Shown here: one piece after another, positions 14,985-24,307 of the stretch
How the letters are laid out: every line of letters starts with the position of its first letter
Position numbering within the stretch: position 1 is the first letter of the stretch
NCBI GenBank assembly: GCA_001816695.1
Contig: MHCR01000002.1
Location: forward strand, 10,353 to 35,700
DNA length: 25,348 bases
DNA from: Candidatus Woykebacteria bacterium RBG_16_39_9b
GTDB lineage: Bacteria; Patescibacteriota; Microgenomatia; Woykebacterales; RBG-16-39-9b
Reading direction: 5' to 3'
Notes under the pieces: model-generated
Told to the model about the DNA's origin: nothing
Databases searched by the model: none
Seen by the model: only the letters and a program-made list of their open reading frames with translations
Made by a program: the position numbers and the translations under genes

Positions 14985-17075
14985 ATGACTCAACAAAAAC
15001 AAATGAAAAAAATTTCAAATAAGGAAATACAATGGGCTGATCGTACCCTTTCGCTGGAAGTTGGGAAAATGGCTTCCCAAGCCGACTCAGCCGTATTAGT
15101 TAAGTATGGTGATACCCTTGTTTTAGTCACGGTTGTAGAAGCACCTCCAAGAGAAGACGTCGACTATTTTCCACTAGTGGTGGATTATGAAGAAAGGCTT
15201 TATGCTGCCGGTAGAATTTCAACCTCTAGATTTATTAAACGAGAAGGAAGGCCAAGTGAGAGTGCAATACTCAACGGCCGTTTAATTGATAGATCAATTA
15301 GACCTCTTTTCCCAAAAGATTTATTTAATGAGATTCAAGTAATTGTGACAGTTTTGTCTTACGATCAAGAAAACGATCCAGATATAGTCGCGTTGATTGG
15401 TGCTTCAGTAGCGCTTTCGATTTCCTCGATACCATGGGATGGCCAAGTTGCTGCTGTAAAAGTAGGCTATAAAGATGGTCAATTTGTGCTAAACCCAACT
15501 AGGAGTGATGAGGAGTCAAGTGACCTTTCCCTTACTATCTCCTTCAATAAAGATAAAGTGGTTATGATTGAGGCGGGGGCCAATCAGGTAAGTAAAGAAA
15601 TTTTCTACGAAGCGATACAATTTGCTAAAAAATCTGTCGAGCCAGTATTTGCTCTCATAGAAGAGCTTACTAAAGAAGTTGGGTTGAAAAAACACAAAAT
15701 ACTAGTTGAAGAAATCGACCTAAAAGTTAAAAACGAGATCGTTAATCATATAAAGGAAAATTTTAAAGCTAAGCTTTTTAACCCAGAAAAAGGGGCCGAA
15801 GAATCGGCGTCGGAAGATTTTAAAGAGGAAATTTACGCTAAATTCGAGGGTAAATTATCTAAGACTGAGATGGGCCGAATCTTTGAGAAAACGGTTAAAG
15901 AGATGGTTAGAGAAAGAATTGTTGATGAGGAAACAAGACCAGACGGTAGAAAATTAGACGAAATAAGACAAATCGACTCAGAAGTTGGACTGTTACCGAG
16001 AGCTCATGGTTCGGCGCTTTTTCAAAGAGGAGATACTCAAGTTCTAACTGTTGCGACGTTAGGTTCAACTTCATTAGAGCAACTGATAGAGGGTATGGAA
16101 GGAGAAGCCACTAAAAGATTTATGCATCACTATACTTTTCCACCCTTTTCAACAGGCGAGGTTCGGCGTCTCGGAGCACCAAGCAGAAGGGAAATTGGTC
16201 ATGGCGCCTTGGTTGAGAAAGCATTGCGATCTGTTATTCCAAACGAAGACGATTTTCCCTACACAATACGGTTAGTATCCGAGGTTCTGTCATCTTCCGG
16301 CTCTACGTCTATGGCAGCGACTTGTGGTGCTACCTTATCTTTAATGGATGCAGGTATACCGATCATTTCTCCAGTTTCCGGTGTTGCGATAGGTTTAGTC
16401 GAAGAAGGAGATAAGTTTAAGATTTTAACAGATATACAAGCACTTGAGGATTTTTATGGTGATATGGATTTTAAAATAGCTGGGACTGAGGAAGGGATTA
16501 CTGCTGTACAGCTTGATGTCAAAATCGATGGTTTAAACGATGAGATGTTAAAGAAAGCACTAGAAAGCGGAGAGAAGGGACGGGCATTTATATTGAGTAA
16601 GATGCTAAATGTATTGCCGCGATCAAGAAAAGAAATCTCGAAGTACGCTCCTCAAGTTACTGTTTTGCATATACCACCAAAGAAAATAGGCGAAGTAATA
16701 GGTGCCGGGGGTAAAACTATTAATAAGATTATTTCAGAAACTGGTGTTGCAATTGATATTGAAGACGATGGATCAGTTATGATATCAAGTACAGATGAAA
16801 ACGGTGCAAAGCGGGCAGCTGATTGGATAAAAGCGTTGACTCATGATGTAAAACCTGGTGAGATTTATGAGGGAGTGGTGAAAAGAGTGGTGGATTTCGG
16901 CTGCTTTGTAGAAATTTTGCCTGGCAAAGAAGGATTGGTGCACATCTCCCAGCTAGCCCCTTATCGTGTTGAAGATATTAACAAAGAAGTTAAAGTCGGG
17001 CAGAAAATGAAAGTCAAGGTTGTCGAAGTGGATAATCAAGGGCGGATAAACCTAACCCACAAATCTGTTACTTAA
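14985..17075 (+). CDS. pnp: Polyribonucleotide nucleotidyltransferase (PNPase)
   Basis: FFPLVVDYEER, RSIRPLFP, RREIGHG, GDMDFKIAG, plus KH and S1 domains. Confidence 0.98.
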   Translation: MTQQKQMKKISNKEIQWADRTLSLEVGKMASQADSAVLVKYGDTLVLVTVVEAPPREDVDYFPLVVDYEERLYAAGRISTSRFIKREGRPSESAILNGRLIDRSIRPLFPKDLFNEIQVIVTVLSYDQENDPDIVALIGASVALSISSIPWDGQVAAVKVGYKDGQFVLNPTRSDEESSDLSLTISFNKDKVVMIEAGANQVSKEIFYEAIQFAKKSVEPVFALIEELTKEVGLKKHKILVEEIDLKVKNEIVNHIKENFKAKLFNPEKGAEESASEDFKEEIYAKFEGKLSKTEMGRIFEKTVKEMVRERIVDEETRPDGRKLDEIRQIDSEVGLLPRAHGSALFQRGDTQVLTVATLGSTSLEQLIEGMEGEATKRFMHHYTFPPFSTGEVRRLGAPSRREIGHGALVEKALRSVIPNEDDFPYTIRLVSEVLSSSGSTSMAATCGATLSLMDAGIPIISPVSGVAIGLVEEGDKFKILTDIQALEDFYGDMDFKIAGTEEGITAVQLDVKIDGLNDEMLKKALESGEKGRAFILSKMLNVLPRSRKEISKYAPQVTVLHIPPKKIGEVIGAGGKTINKIISETGVAIDIEDDGSVMISSTDENGAKRAADWIKALTHDVKPGEIYEGVVKRVVDFGCFVEILPGKEGLVHISQLAPYRVEDINKEVKVGQKMKVKVVEVDNQGRINLTHKSVT

Positions 17076-17081
17076 AAATTG

Positions 17082-18149
17082 ATGAACCAGAAAGTGAAAA
17101 AAATCCTCACCAACAGCCCGTGGACACCAATTTTTGTGCTCCTTTTTTTGCTGGTGATCTCTCTTGCTTTACTCCTCAATCAGAAAGATCAAAATTTAAA
17201 TATCTTTGCATCATTTGCAAAAACTAAAATTGAAGGCGATTCAATAAAGGTTGAAGTTAGTTTAAGCCCGCCTGATAAAAAACCATTGGAGGAATTTGTT
17301 AAAGGTCTCGGATTCTCTTGGTCTGGCGAGGATTTCTTAATCAAATTAGACAAACAAAGTGTCCAAGAAATAAAAGATTACGATTTGCTACAAATTGGAT
17401 TTAAACCAACAGTAAAAACATTTCATTTCGGCGGTCTGATAAAAAAACAAATAGGTAGTGATCAATTACTTTGGAAATACGCTAAGCTTATACCAAGCGA
17501 AGCTTTTGTGTACTTAGAAGGGGAGAATTTAACAAAATTCATTGACTTGCCTGGATTAAATGTGTTTTCAGCAGGTTCTACTTATCAAGCGCTATTGGTG
17601 GAATTTAGTGAAGAAGTTAACTTTGCTCTTATTAGTGAGTTAAATTCAAAGGAGAAATTTGCCGAGGAAATTTATAAACTTTCAGAATTGCCAAAAAAAG
17701 GTGAAAAACAAGTGAGGACTGAAGGAGCATCCACCGGTTATACAAAGGGTGTTATTGAAAATACAGAAGCCCATACTCTAACAGTCCCCGGAAGCAACTT
17801 ATCACCCACTTATTCTGTGTACGATGAGAATATAGTTTTATCCTCTCGACCGGATTTCTTTAAAAAAATAATTATAGATATTAAAAAGGAAAATGTTTTG
17901 CCAAACAATAATATTTTCAAAGATATTATTATAAATCTACCAACTAAGGGTACATTTGCGATGTTTGTTAATTTTAAGCAACTGAAAGAAATCTCATCTG
18001 GTGATTTAGAAAAATACTTGGACCCGTATGTTGCAGTTAGTTTCAATGAAAGATTTGATAATGTCCTCTCGATCCTTAAAAAATCAGAAGCCGTTGGACT
18101 GACTGTAAATGAGAATGGTTATTTCGAAGGTTTTTATATAATTCCTTAG
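17082..18149 (+). CDS. Hypothetical membrane-anchored protein
   Basis: One N-terminal TM segment, then a soluble alpha/beta region. Tightly coupled to pnp and udg. No motif recognised. Confidence 0.75.
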   Translation: MNQKVKKILTNSPWTPIFVLLFLLVISLALLLNQKDQNLNIFASFAKTKIEGDSIKVEVSLSPPDKKPLEEFVKGLGFSWSGEDFLIKLDKQSVQEIKDYDLLQIGFKPTVKTFHFGGLIKKQIGSDQLLWKYAKLIPSEAFVYLEGENLTKFIDLPGLNVFSAGSTYQALLVEFSEEVNFALISELNSKEKFAEEIYKLSELPKKGEKQVRTEGASTGYTKGVIENTEAHTLTVPGSNLSPTYSVYDENIVLSSRPDFFKKIIIDIKKENVLPNNNIFKDIIINLPTKGTFAMFVNFKQLKEISSGDLEKYLDPYVAVSFNERFDNVLSILKKSEAVGLTVNENGYFEGFYIIP

Positions 18150-18150
18150 T

Positions 18151-18765
18151 ATGGATAAAGAAAATCTTTTAAAATCTCTTTCGATGAAAATTAATGAATG
18201 CAAGCGGTGCGGTTTATGGAAAAACGCTTTTCATGCTGTGCCTGGCGAAGGAAATCCAGACGCTAAGGTCCTATTTTTAGGAGAAGCGCCTGGTTTTCAT
18301 GAGGATCAGCAAGGCCGCCCTTTCGTTGGACAGGCTGGAAAACTGCTGACCTCTCTATTAGAGCTAATCGGAATGAAAAGAGATCAAGTTTTCATCACAA
18401 ATGTTATTAAACACCGCCCACCAGATAATAGAGACCCAAGCCAAAACGAGATCGGCTCTTGCAATATTTGGGTTGACTCTCAGATAGAAATTATAAAACC
18501 AACGGTGATTGTAACTTTAGGTAGGTACTCTCTAAACAAATTTTTGAAAGGAGCAAAAATTTCAAATGCTCATGGCAAACCGATCAGACTTTCTAGTAAG
18601 GTTATATTACCTATGTACCATCCAGCGGCAGCTCTGAGATCAGAATTTATAGCAAGCCAATTCAAGCGCGATTTTCAGATCAACGAGGGTCTTTTAAAAG
18701 ATCCAGATAACGAAATAGAGAAAATTTCAAAAGAAGCAGATGAAAATCAGATGAGTTTATTTTGA
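18151..18765 (+). CDS. udg: Uracil-DNA glycosylase family 4 (Fe-S)
   Basis: CKRC, GEAPG..ED..GRPFVG.AG, TNVIKHRPPDNRDP and MYHPAAALR motifs. Confidence 0.9.
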   Translation: MDKENLLKSLSMKINECKRCGLWKNAFHAVPGEGNPDAKVLFLGEAPGFHEDQQGRPFVGQAGKLLTSLLELIGMKRDQVFITNVIKHRPPDNRDPSQNEIGSCNIWVDSQIEIIKPTVIVTLGRYSLNKFLKGAKISNAHGKPIRLSSKVILPMYHPAAALRSEFIASQFKRDFQINEGLLKDPDNEIEKISKEADENQMSLF

Positions 18766-18768
18766 TTT

Positions 18769-20466
18769 ATGATGAACGAGACTGAAGAAAGACAACAAGA
18801 TATAAAAATGCCAAGATTAAAATTCATTCCTTTAGGTGGCAACGGATTGGTAACCAAAAATATGTTTGTTTATGAATATGGAAACGACATTATTATTGTT
18901 GATTGCGGTATGGGTTTTCCATCGGAAACGATGTATGGCGTTGATATGGTTATACCTGATATAAGTTATTTGAGAGATAAAAAACACAAAATTAGAGCTA
19001 TCTTAATTACCCATGGTCATGAGGACCACATCGGAGCACTCCCGTTTATAGTGCAAGAACTTTCAGCTCCAATTTATGCGACGCGGCTTACCGTTGGTTT
19101 GATAACAGTTAGATTGAAAGAACAAAACGCTTTGCGTTTTGCACATTTAAACACAATTGATCCAGATAAAAATGTACAATTAACCTTTGGGAATTTTATT
19201 GTAGAGCCCTTTCGAGTTACACATTCAATACCTGATTCAGTTGGTTTCTCAATTAGTACACCAATCGGCACAACAGTACATACGGGGGATTTTAAATTAG
19301 ATTCCTCGCCTCTTGATGGTAAAAAAACTGATTTCAATAAATTAAATAGAATTGCAAATAAAGGTGTCTTGGCCTTAATGAGCGATTGTTTGCGCAGTGA
19401 AAAACCAGGGAGCACTCTTTCAGAGGCCACTATTCAAGAAAAATTTGATAAGGCATTTGAAACTGCACCGGGTAGAATATTAATCACAACATTTTCTTCA
19501 AATATATCTAGAATTCAACAAGCAATTAACGCTTCCATAAAATTTCACCGAAAAGTAGCTGTGGTGGGTCGGGCAATGGAAAATAATGTTCTGACCGCCA
19601 GTAGGCTGGGTTATCTAAGCGTGCCAAAGGAGGTCTTAATAAAAAACCAAGATATAGGTAAATATCCCAATCGATTATTGACACTAATCGTTTCTGGAAG
19701 CCAAGGGCAGCCAGGCAGTGCCTTATCAAGAATTGCCAATGCCGACCATTCCCATATTTCAATTCAACATAATGACCAGGTAATATTTTCGGCTGATCCA
19801 ATCCCAGGTAATCAAGATGCCGTCTATGAAACGATTGATGGTCTGACTCGTTTGGGGGCAAGTATTACCTATTCAGATATTACTAGCGACTTCCATGTTA
19901 GCGGACATGGTGCACAAGAGGAGTTATTACGAATGATATCTCTTGTTAAGCCTCGCTACTTAGTTCCGATATCAGGGATGTATAGACAAATGCGACAATA
20001 TGCAAACATTGCTGCTTCTGAGGGATTTAATCCTGGAAATATAATCATAGCTGACGAAGGCGATATTGTGGAATTTGACAAACAAAACGGCCGGTTAAAA
20101 GGCAAGATTGATACAACTAATATTTTTGTTGATGGTCTTGGGGTTGGTGATGTCGGGTCAATAGTTTTAAGAGATCGAAAGGTTATGGCGGAGGAGGGAA
20201 TTGTTGTTGTTGTTGTTACGGTTAGCAAGAGACAAGGACGTCTGTTAGATGAGCCAGAAATTATCTCCAGAGGGTTTGTTTATATGAAAGAATCCGCCGA
20301 TTTAATTAAAGAAGCAACAAAAATGGTTGTAGATTCGATTGGTCCGGATAGAAGAGTTAAAAATTGGTTGGCTGTAAAAGAAAAGATAACAAGCGATCTA
20401 GAAAAATTCCTCTTCAAAAAAACACAACGTCGTCCAATGGTACTCCCGGTAATCATTGATATATAA
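18769..20466 (+). CDS. rnj: Ribonuclease J
   Basis: THGHEDHIG, THSIPDS, HTGDFK, SGSQGQP and HVSGHG motifs. Confidence 0.95.
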   Translation: MMNETEERQQDIKMPRLKFIPLGGNGLVTKNMFVYEYGNDIIIVDCGMGFPSETMYGVDMVIPDISYLRDKKHKIRAILITHGHEDHIGALPFIVQELSAPIYATRLTVGLITVRLKEQNALRFAHLNTIDPDKNVQLTFGNFIVEPFRVTHSIPDSVGFSISTPIGTTVHTGDFKLDSSPLDGKKTDFNKLNRIANKGVLALMSDCLRSEKPGSTLSEATIQEKFDKAFETAPGRILITTFSSNISRIQQAINASIKFHRKVAVVGRAMENNVLTASRLGYLSVPKEVLIKNQDIGKYPNRLLTLIVSGSQGQPGSALSRIANADHSHISIQHNDQVIFSADPIPGNQDAVYETIDGLTRLGASITYSDITSDFHVSGHGAQEELLRMISLVKPRYLVPISGMYRQMRQYANIAASEGFNPGNIIIADEGDIVEFDKQNGRLKGKIDTTNIFVDGLGVGDVGSIVLRDRKVMAEEGIVVVVVTVSKRQGRLLDEPEIISRGFVYMKESADLIKEATKMVVDSIGPDRRVKNWLAVKEKITSDLEKFLFKKTQRRPMVLPVIIDI

Positions 20467-20472
20467 AATTGT

Positions 20473-20502
20473 TTGCTAAGCAAGACCATATACAGATATA
20501 AT
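20473..20502 (+). promoter_or_regulatory. ftsK promoter, leaderless geometry
   Basis: TTGCTA-18 nt-TATAAT, 8 nt before ATG 20511 (5 nt before TTG 20508). No SD. Confidence 0.6.
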
Positions 20503-20510
20503 TAGCTTTG

Positions 20511-22592
20511 ATGAGACTTCGAAAGCCGTATAAAAGAGGTCATCTTAAATTGAAACTAAAGAAAAATACCGTTCAATCTCTAGTTGGTCTTTTTTTGCTT
20601 CTTTTGGCTGGGATTAGCTTAATTTCCTTGTTTGGGGTCAGCGATCCTGTGGTGAGATTGAGAGAATTTATTTATTATTTTTTGGGTTGGGGTAATGTCC
20701 TTCTCCCGGTTGTGTTTCTTTTATCTGGTCTTCTACTGCTTAATTTTTCCTTACCATTCGTATCTTCCAATTCAGCTGCTGGTTCTGCTGCTTTGCTAGT
20801 TTCATTGATTAGTTTGAGTGCCTTTATTTCTGATGATTCGTCCGGGGTTGTTGGCAGAACCGTTTCGGATGTTTTGTCTTCCCTTCTGTCAATATTTGGG
20901 GCAATTTTTGTTTTGCTAATTGCTTCAATTGTTTCAATTATTATTATGTTCAACACTTCCTTGGAAGGATTAATTGCTTTCATTCAGCAGGTGAATAAGG
21001 TTTTTGTTGCTGTTATAAAACAAGTTTTTTCTCGAGAAGAAAAGAAAGAGGGATCAAAAAAGGAGGAGCCAGTTTTTACAACCCGGGGTATAAGTGAAGA
21101 TTCTGGTGCTGAGGAAAAAGCTGATAAAGAAATAGGGCCTGTTACAAGTAGCATTTCAGGCCCGAACGAGGTTTGGGAATACCCACCACTTTCAATTTTG
21201 AGTGATTCTTTGGGATCAAAGGCTAATAGAGGGGATGTTAAACAAAATGCGGGAATTATCGAAAGAACCCTTGATAATTTCGGTATTCAGGCAAGGGTGG
21301 TTGAAGTTAATATGGGTCCTGCTGTAACTCAATATGCTTTGGAGATTGCTTTAGGTACAAAATTGACTAAAATAACGGCCCTTTCCAACGATATTGCATT
21401 AGCTCTTTCCTCACCGAATGGTATGGTGAGAATTGAAGCACCGATTCCTGGTAAATCTTTAGTCGGCATTGAAGTTCCGAATATTGCTCCTGAAACCGTG
21501 CCGCTGAAATCCATTCTAACCTCGTCTCAGATGCAAAAATCAGAATCCAAACTTTCCTTGACCCTTGGGTTAGATGTTTCTGGTTCGCCCATTATCGATG
21601 ATTTAGGTAGAATGCCACATATGCTAGTTGCTGGTTCAACCGGTTCTGGTAAGAGTGTAGCAATTAATTCCTTTATAACAACGCTACTTTTTAGATCAAC
21701 ACCAGAAGAAGTTAAATTTATTTTAGTTGATCCGAAGCTGGTAGAACTTTCCCAATGGGCTGGGATCCCACACCTTCTCACCCCGGTTATCACCGAACCC
21801 GAAAAAGTTCTTTCCGCGCTGAAATGGGCTATTTCTGAGATGGATAGGAGATATAAACTTTTTAAAGAAGTTGGGGTAAGAAATATTAACTTGTACAATG
21901 AAGCGGCTGGCTTTCAAACTATGCCGTATATAGTAATTATTATTGATGAGTTTGCTCATCTAATGCATTTTGCTCCAGTTGAGGTGGAAGATGCTGTAAC
22001 AAAATTAGCTCAAATGTCCAGAGCTACTGGGATTCACATGATATTGGCGACACAAAGACCAAGCGTAGATGTAATAACTGGATTAATAAAAGCAAACGTT
22101 CCTTGCCGACTAGCGTTTAATGTTACGAGTAGAGTTGATTCACAAGTAATAATAGATCAACCAGGAGCGGAAAAGCTACTTGGTAGAGGTGATATGCTTT
22201 ATGTTCCACCGGATGCCTCTAAACCACAACGGATACAAGGGGTGTTCGTCTCAGAACCTGAAATAAAAAAATTAATCGACTTTTTAACAAAAAGTGGGGT
22301 TGAACCACAGTACACAGAAGAGGTTATTAGCATGCCGGTTGGCAGAGTATCTGGAAAAACTGAAAACCAAGATGAGCTATTTGATGAAGCTGTTAGGGTT
22401 GTCTGCCAGTACGACAGGGCCAGCGCGTCTTTACTGCAGAGAAGACTGAGAGTAGGTTATGCCAGAGCCGCTCGTCTTCTTGATGAATTAGAAACTGCCG
22501 GTGTTGTTGGTGTACAAGATGGTTCAAAAGCACGAGATGTATTAGTAAAGGATCCTGCCCGCGTTTTAGGTGGCGCTGAGGAAGAAAATTGA
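20511..22592 (+). CDS. ftsK: DNA translocase FtsK/SpoIIIE
   Basis: N-terminal TM domain, Walker A AGSTGSGKS, IIIDEFA, ATQRPSVDVITG, AEKLLGRGDML and gamma domain LLQRRLRVGYARAAR. Confidence 0.97.
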   Translation: MRLRKPYKRGHLKLKLKKNTVQSLVGLFLLLLAGISLISLFGVSDPVVRLREFIYYFLGWGNVLLPVVFLLSGLLLLNFSLPFVSSNSAAGSAALLVSLISLSAFISDDSSGVVGRTVSDVLSSLLSIFGAIFVLLIASIVSIIIMFNTSLEGLIAFIQQVNKVFVAVIKQVFSREEKKEGSKKEEPVFTTRGISEDSGAEEKADKEIGPVTSSISGPNEVWEYPPLSILSDSLGSKANRGDVKQNAGIIERTLDNFGIQARVVEVNMGPAVTQYALEIALGTKLTKITALSNDIALALSSPNGMVRIEAPIPGKSLVGIEVPNIAPETVPLKSILTSSQMQKSESKLSLTLGLDVSGSPIIDDLGRMPHMLVAGSTGSGKSVAINSFITTLLFRSTPEEVKFILVDPKLVELSQWAGIPHLLTPVITEPEKVLSALKWAISEMDRRYKLFKEVGVRNINLYNEAAGFQTMPYIVIIIDEFAHLMHFAPVEVEDAVTKLAQMSRATGIHMILATQRPSVDVITGLIKANVPCRLAFNVTSRVDSQVIIDQPGAEKLLGRGDMLYVPPDASKPQRIQGVFVSEPEIKKLIDFLTKSGVEPQYTEEVISMPVGRVSGKTENQDELFDEAVRVVCQYDRASASLLQRRLRVGYARAARLLDELETAGVVGVQDGSKARDVLVKDPARVLGGAEEEN

Positions 22593-22598
22593 TTCCTC

Positions 22599-22627
22599 TT
22601 GCTAACACTAGACCGTTCCCGTATATT
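22599..22627 (+). promoter_or_regulatory. Promoter for the rodZ-like gene
   Basis: TTGCTA-17 nt-TATATT. ATG lies 20 nt downstream. Confidence 0.55.
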
Positions 22628-22647
22628 ATTCCATACCACTTGTCGGT

Positions 22648-23559
22648 ATGAAAACAGTCGGGCAGATATTAAAAGAAGAAAGAGCCAAAAAGAATCTTAG
22701 TTTAGAAGATATCGAACGAAACACAAAGATTCGCAAAAAGACGCTTGAAGATTTGGAGAATGGTAATTGGAAATCTCTCCCTTCGAACCCCTTTGTCAAA
22801 GGTTTAATTAAAAATTACGGTAGTTATTTAGGTTTGAATGTTAACTCACTAGTGGCATTTTATAGACGAGAATTTGATGAAAGAAAATCTTCTTCAAAGA
22901 CTCATCCTCAACAACTAAAAAAACCAATATTTAGACTCACCCCTCAAATAGTTGTAGGCTTGGTAATAGCGATTTTAGTTGTTGGCGTTTCTGCGTATCT
23001 TTTTACACAGTACAGATCATTAACAGCAGCACCCTTGCTTGAGATAGAAGAACCAAAAGATAATATAAAGGTGACAACCTCAGAGGTTAACGTTGTTGGT
23101 CGTACCTGGCCAGATGCAATACTAAAAATAAATGGTCAGGATATTGAGCTTTCTCCAGGTGGGACATTTTCTGTGGCTGTAAATCTAAATCCCGGAGCCA
23201 ACGTAATAACTATTAGTTCTGCTAATCGATTTGGGAAAATTACTACAAAAAACCGAACAGTAATGGTTGAGACTAGTACAGAATTTGGTGATGGGGAAGC
23301 CACAGCTTCAGCTGAAAAAGCTAATAAACTTGAGATTTTAGTAAAAATTGGTCCAGGATCGGCAAATCTTAGAGTTGAGATTGATGGGAACAGGAGTTTT
23401 GAAGGTGTGTTACTCGCTGGAGTTAGTAGAAAATTTGAAGGAACAAAGAAAATTAAAATTACTACAAGTAATGGAGGCTCAACTAGGGTTTTGACCGATT
23501 CAAAAGAGGAACTTTTAGGTGGAGAAGGTGAAAAAGTTCAAAAAGAATATACTCGTTAA
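22648..23559 (+). CDS. RodZ-like protein: HTH, TM, Ig-like domain and C-terminal beta domain
   Basis: GQILKEER..NLSLEDI..TKIR..LEDLENG..FVKG.IKNY..YLGL is a RodZ-type HTH. One TM helix follows. Position after ftsK matches the Firmicutes arrangement. Confidence 0.75.
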   Translation: MKTVGQILKEERAKKNLSLEDIERNTKIRKKTLEDLENGNWKSLPSNPFVKGLIKNYGSYLGLNVNSLVAFYRREFDERKSSSKTHPQQLKKPIFRLTPQIVVGLVIAILVVGVSAYLFTQYRSLTAAPLLEIEEPKDNIKVTTSEVNVVGRTWPDAILKINGQDIELSPGGTFSVAVNLNPGANVITISSANRFGKITTKNRTVMVETSTEFGDGEATASAEKANKLEILVKIGPGSANLRVEIDGNRSFEGVLLAGVSRKFEGTKKIKITTSNGGSTRVLTDSKEELLGGEGEKVQKEYTR

Positions 23560-23589
23560 AAAGAGCCAATACGTTATAATTTGACTCCC

Positions 23590-23618
23590 TTGACCGCTTA
23601 TTACCCGTATGTTATATT
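23590..23618 (+). promoter_or_regulatory. Promoter for the ytxG/ytxH-like genes
   Basis: TTGACC-17 nt-TGtTATATT. Confidence 0.7.
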
Positions 23619-23620
23619 AA

Positions 23621-23682
23621 GCCCCCTAGCGTTGAAAGAGCTGCCCCCGCCGGGCAAGCCCTTTGCCTAGTAGGCTCTGTTT
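23621..23682 (+). promoter_or_regulatory. GC-rich structured 5' leader (candidate cis-regulatory RNA)
   Basis: 39/60 GC over 23621-23680. AGAGC/GCTCT encloses TGCCC/GGGCA. Alternative pairings GGCAA/TTGCC and GCCT/AGGC. Confidence 0.45.
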
Positions 23683-23970
23683 ATGGATACAACAACCTTC
23701 CTGATCATTATAGTAGTTTTGATCGCTTTGATTTTGCTTGCTGTAGGCATTTATGTAATTTTAGTGTTGCATGAAGCAAGACAAAGTTTGCAGCGAGCAA
23801 ATAGAATTCTTGATAGAGTTGATTCTATAACAGAGATCATTGATAGCAAGCTAGTTCGGCCAGCAACAACGATATCAGGTGTGTTTTCTGTTGCGAAAGA
23901 TTTATTAACTATTATCCGAGAATTTACTAAAAAAGAGAAAACGGTGGCGGAGAAAAATGGTGAGCAATAA
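23683..23970 (+). CDS. DUF948/YtxG-like small membrane protein
   Basis: N-terminal TM helix followed by an amphipathic coiled segment. Paired with a YtxH-like gene. Confidence 0.55.
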   Translation: MDTTTFLIIIVVLIALILLAVGIYVILVLHEARQSLQRANRILDRVDSITEIIDSKLVRPATTISGVFSVAKDLLTIIREFTKKEKTVAEKNGEQ

Positions 23971-24244
23971 TAACAATCATGAAACAAATGAAAGCCATTT
24001 TTATAAAGGTCTGTTCTTTGGTTTGTTGCTTGGCATTGGTGCCGTTTGGTTTATGAGAACAGAGACCGGGAAGAAATTAAAAGATAAATTACAAAAACAA
24101 GGCGATGATATGTCTGAGAATTTAAAGCGCAAGATCGACGCCGCTTTAGGTAAGGAATTTATTGAAGATGAGCTTGACGAAGATGAATTAGAGAAAGAAA
24201 AAAAACCCTCACTCAGAAAACGCTTCTTTAAGAAAATAAATTAG
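23957..24244 (+). CDS. YtxH-domain-like protein
   Basis: FYKGLFFGLLLGIGAVWF..TETGKKLKDKL matches the YtxH pattern of a Gly-rich TM followed by G..lR..l. Overlaps the upstream gene by 14 nt. Confidence 0.65.
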   Translation: MVSNNNNHETNESHFYKGLFFGLLLGIGAVWFMRTETGKKLKDKLQKQGDDMSENLKRKIDAALGKEFIEDELDEDELEKEKKPSLRKRFFKKIN

Positions 24245-24293
24245 CTATCTTCAGAATCAAGTATCTCACCTTAATAATAACAGTAAGCTGTTG

Positions 24294-24299
24294 TATAAT
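24294..24299 (+). promoter_or_regulatory. -10 box, leaderless geometry
   Basis: TATAAT 8 nt before ATG 24308. No SD and no clear -35. Confidence 0.4.
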
Positions 24300-24307
24300 C
24301 ATTTTCT

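Noticed and set aside
20474-22604. TGCTAA half-sites at the ftsK and rodZ promoters as CIRCE
   Set aside because: No partner arm 15 nt upstream. They are simply TTGCTA -35 boxes.
23633-23679. SAH riboswitch resemblance (GAG...UGC...AGGCUC)
   Set aside because: GAGCG and its downstream pseudoknot partner are absent, and the genes are unrelated to SAH recycling.
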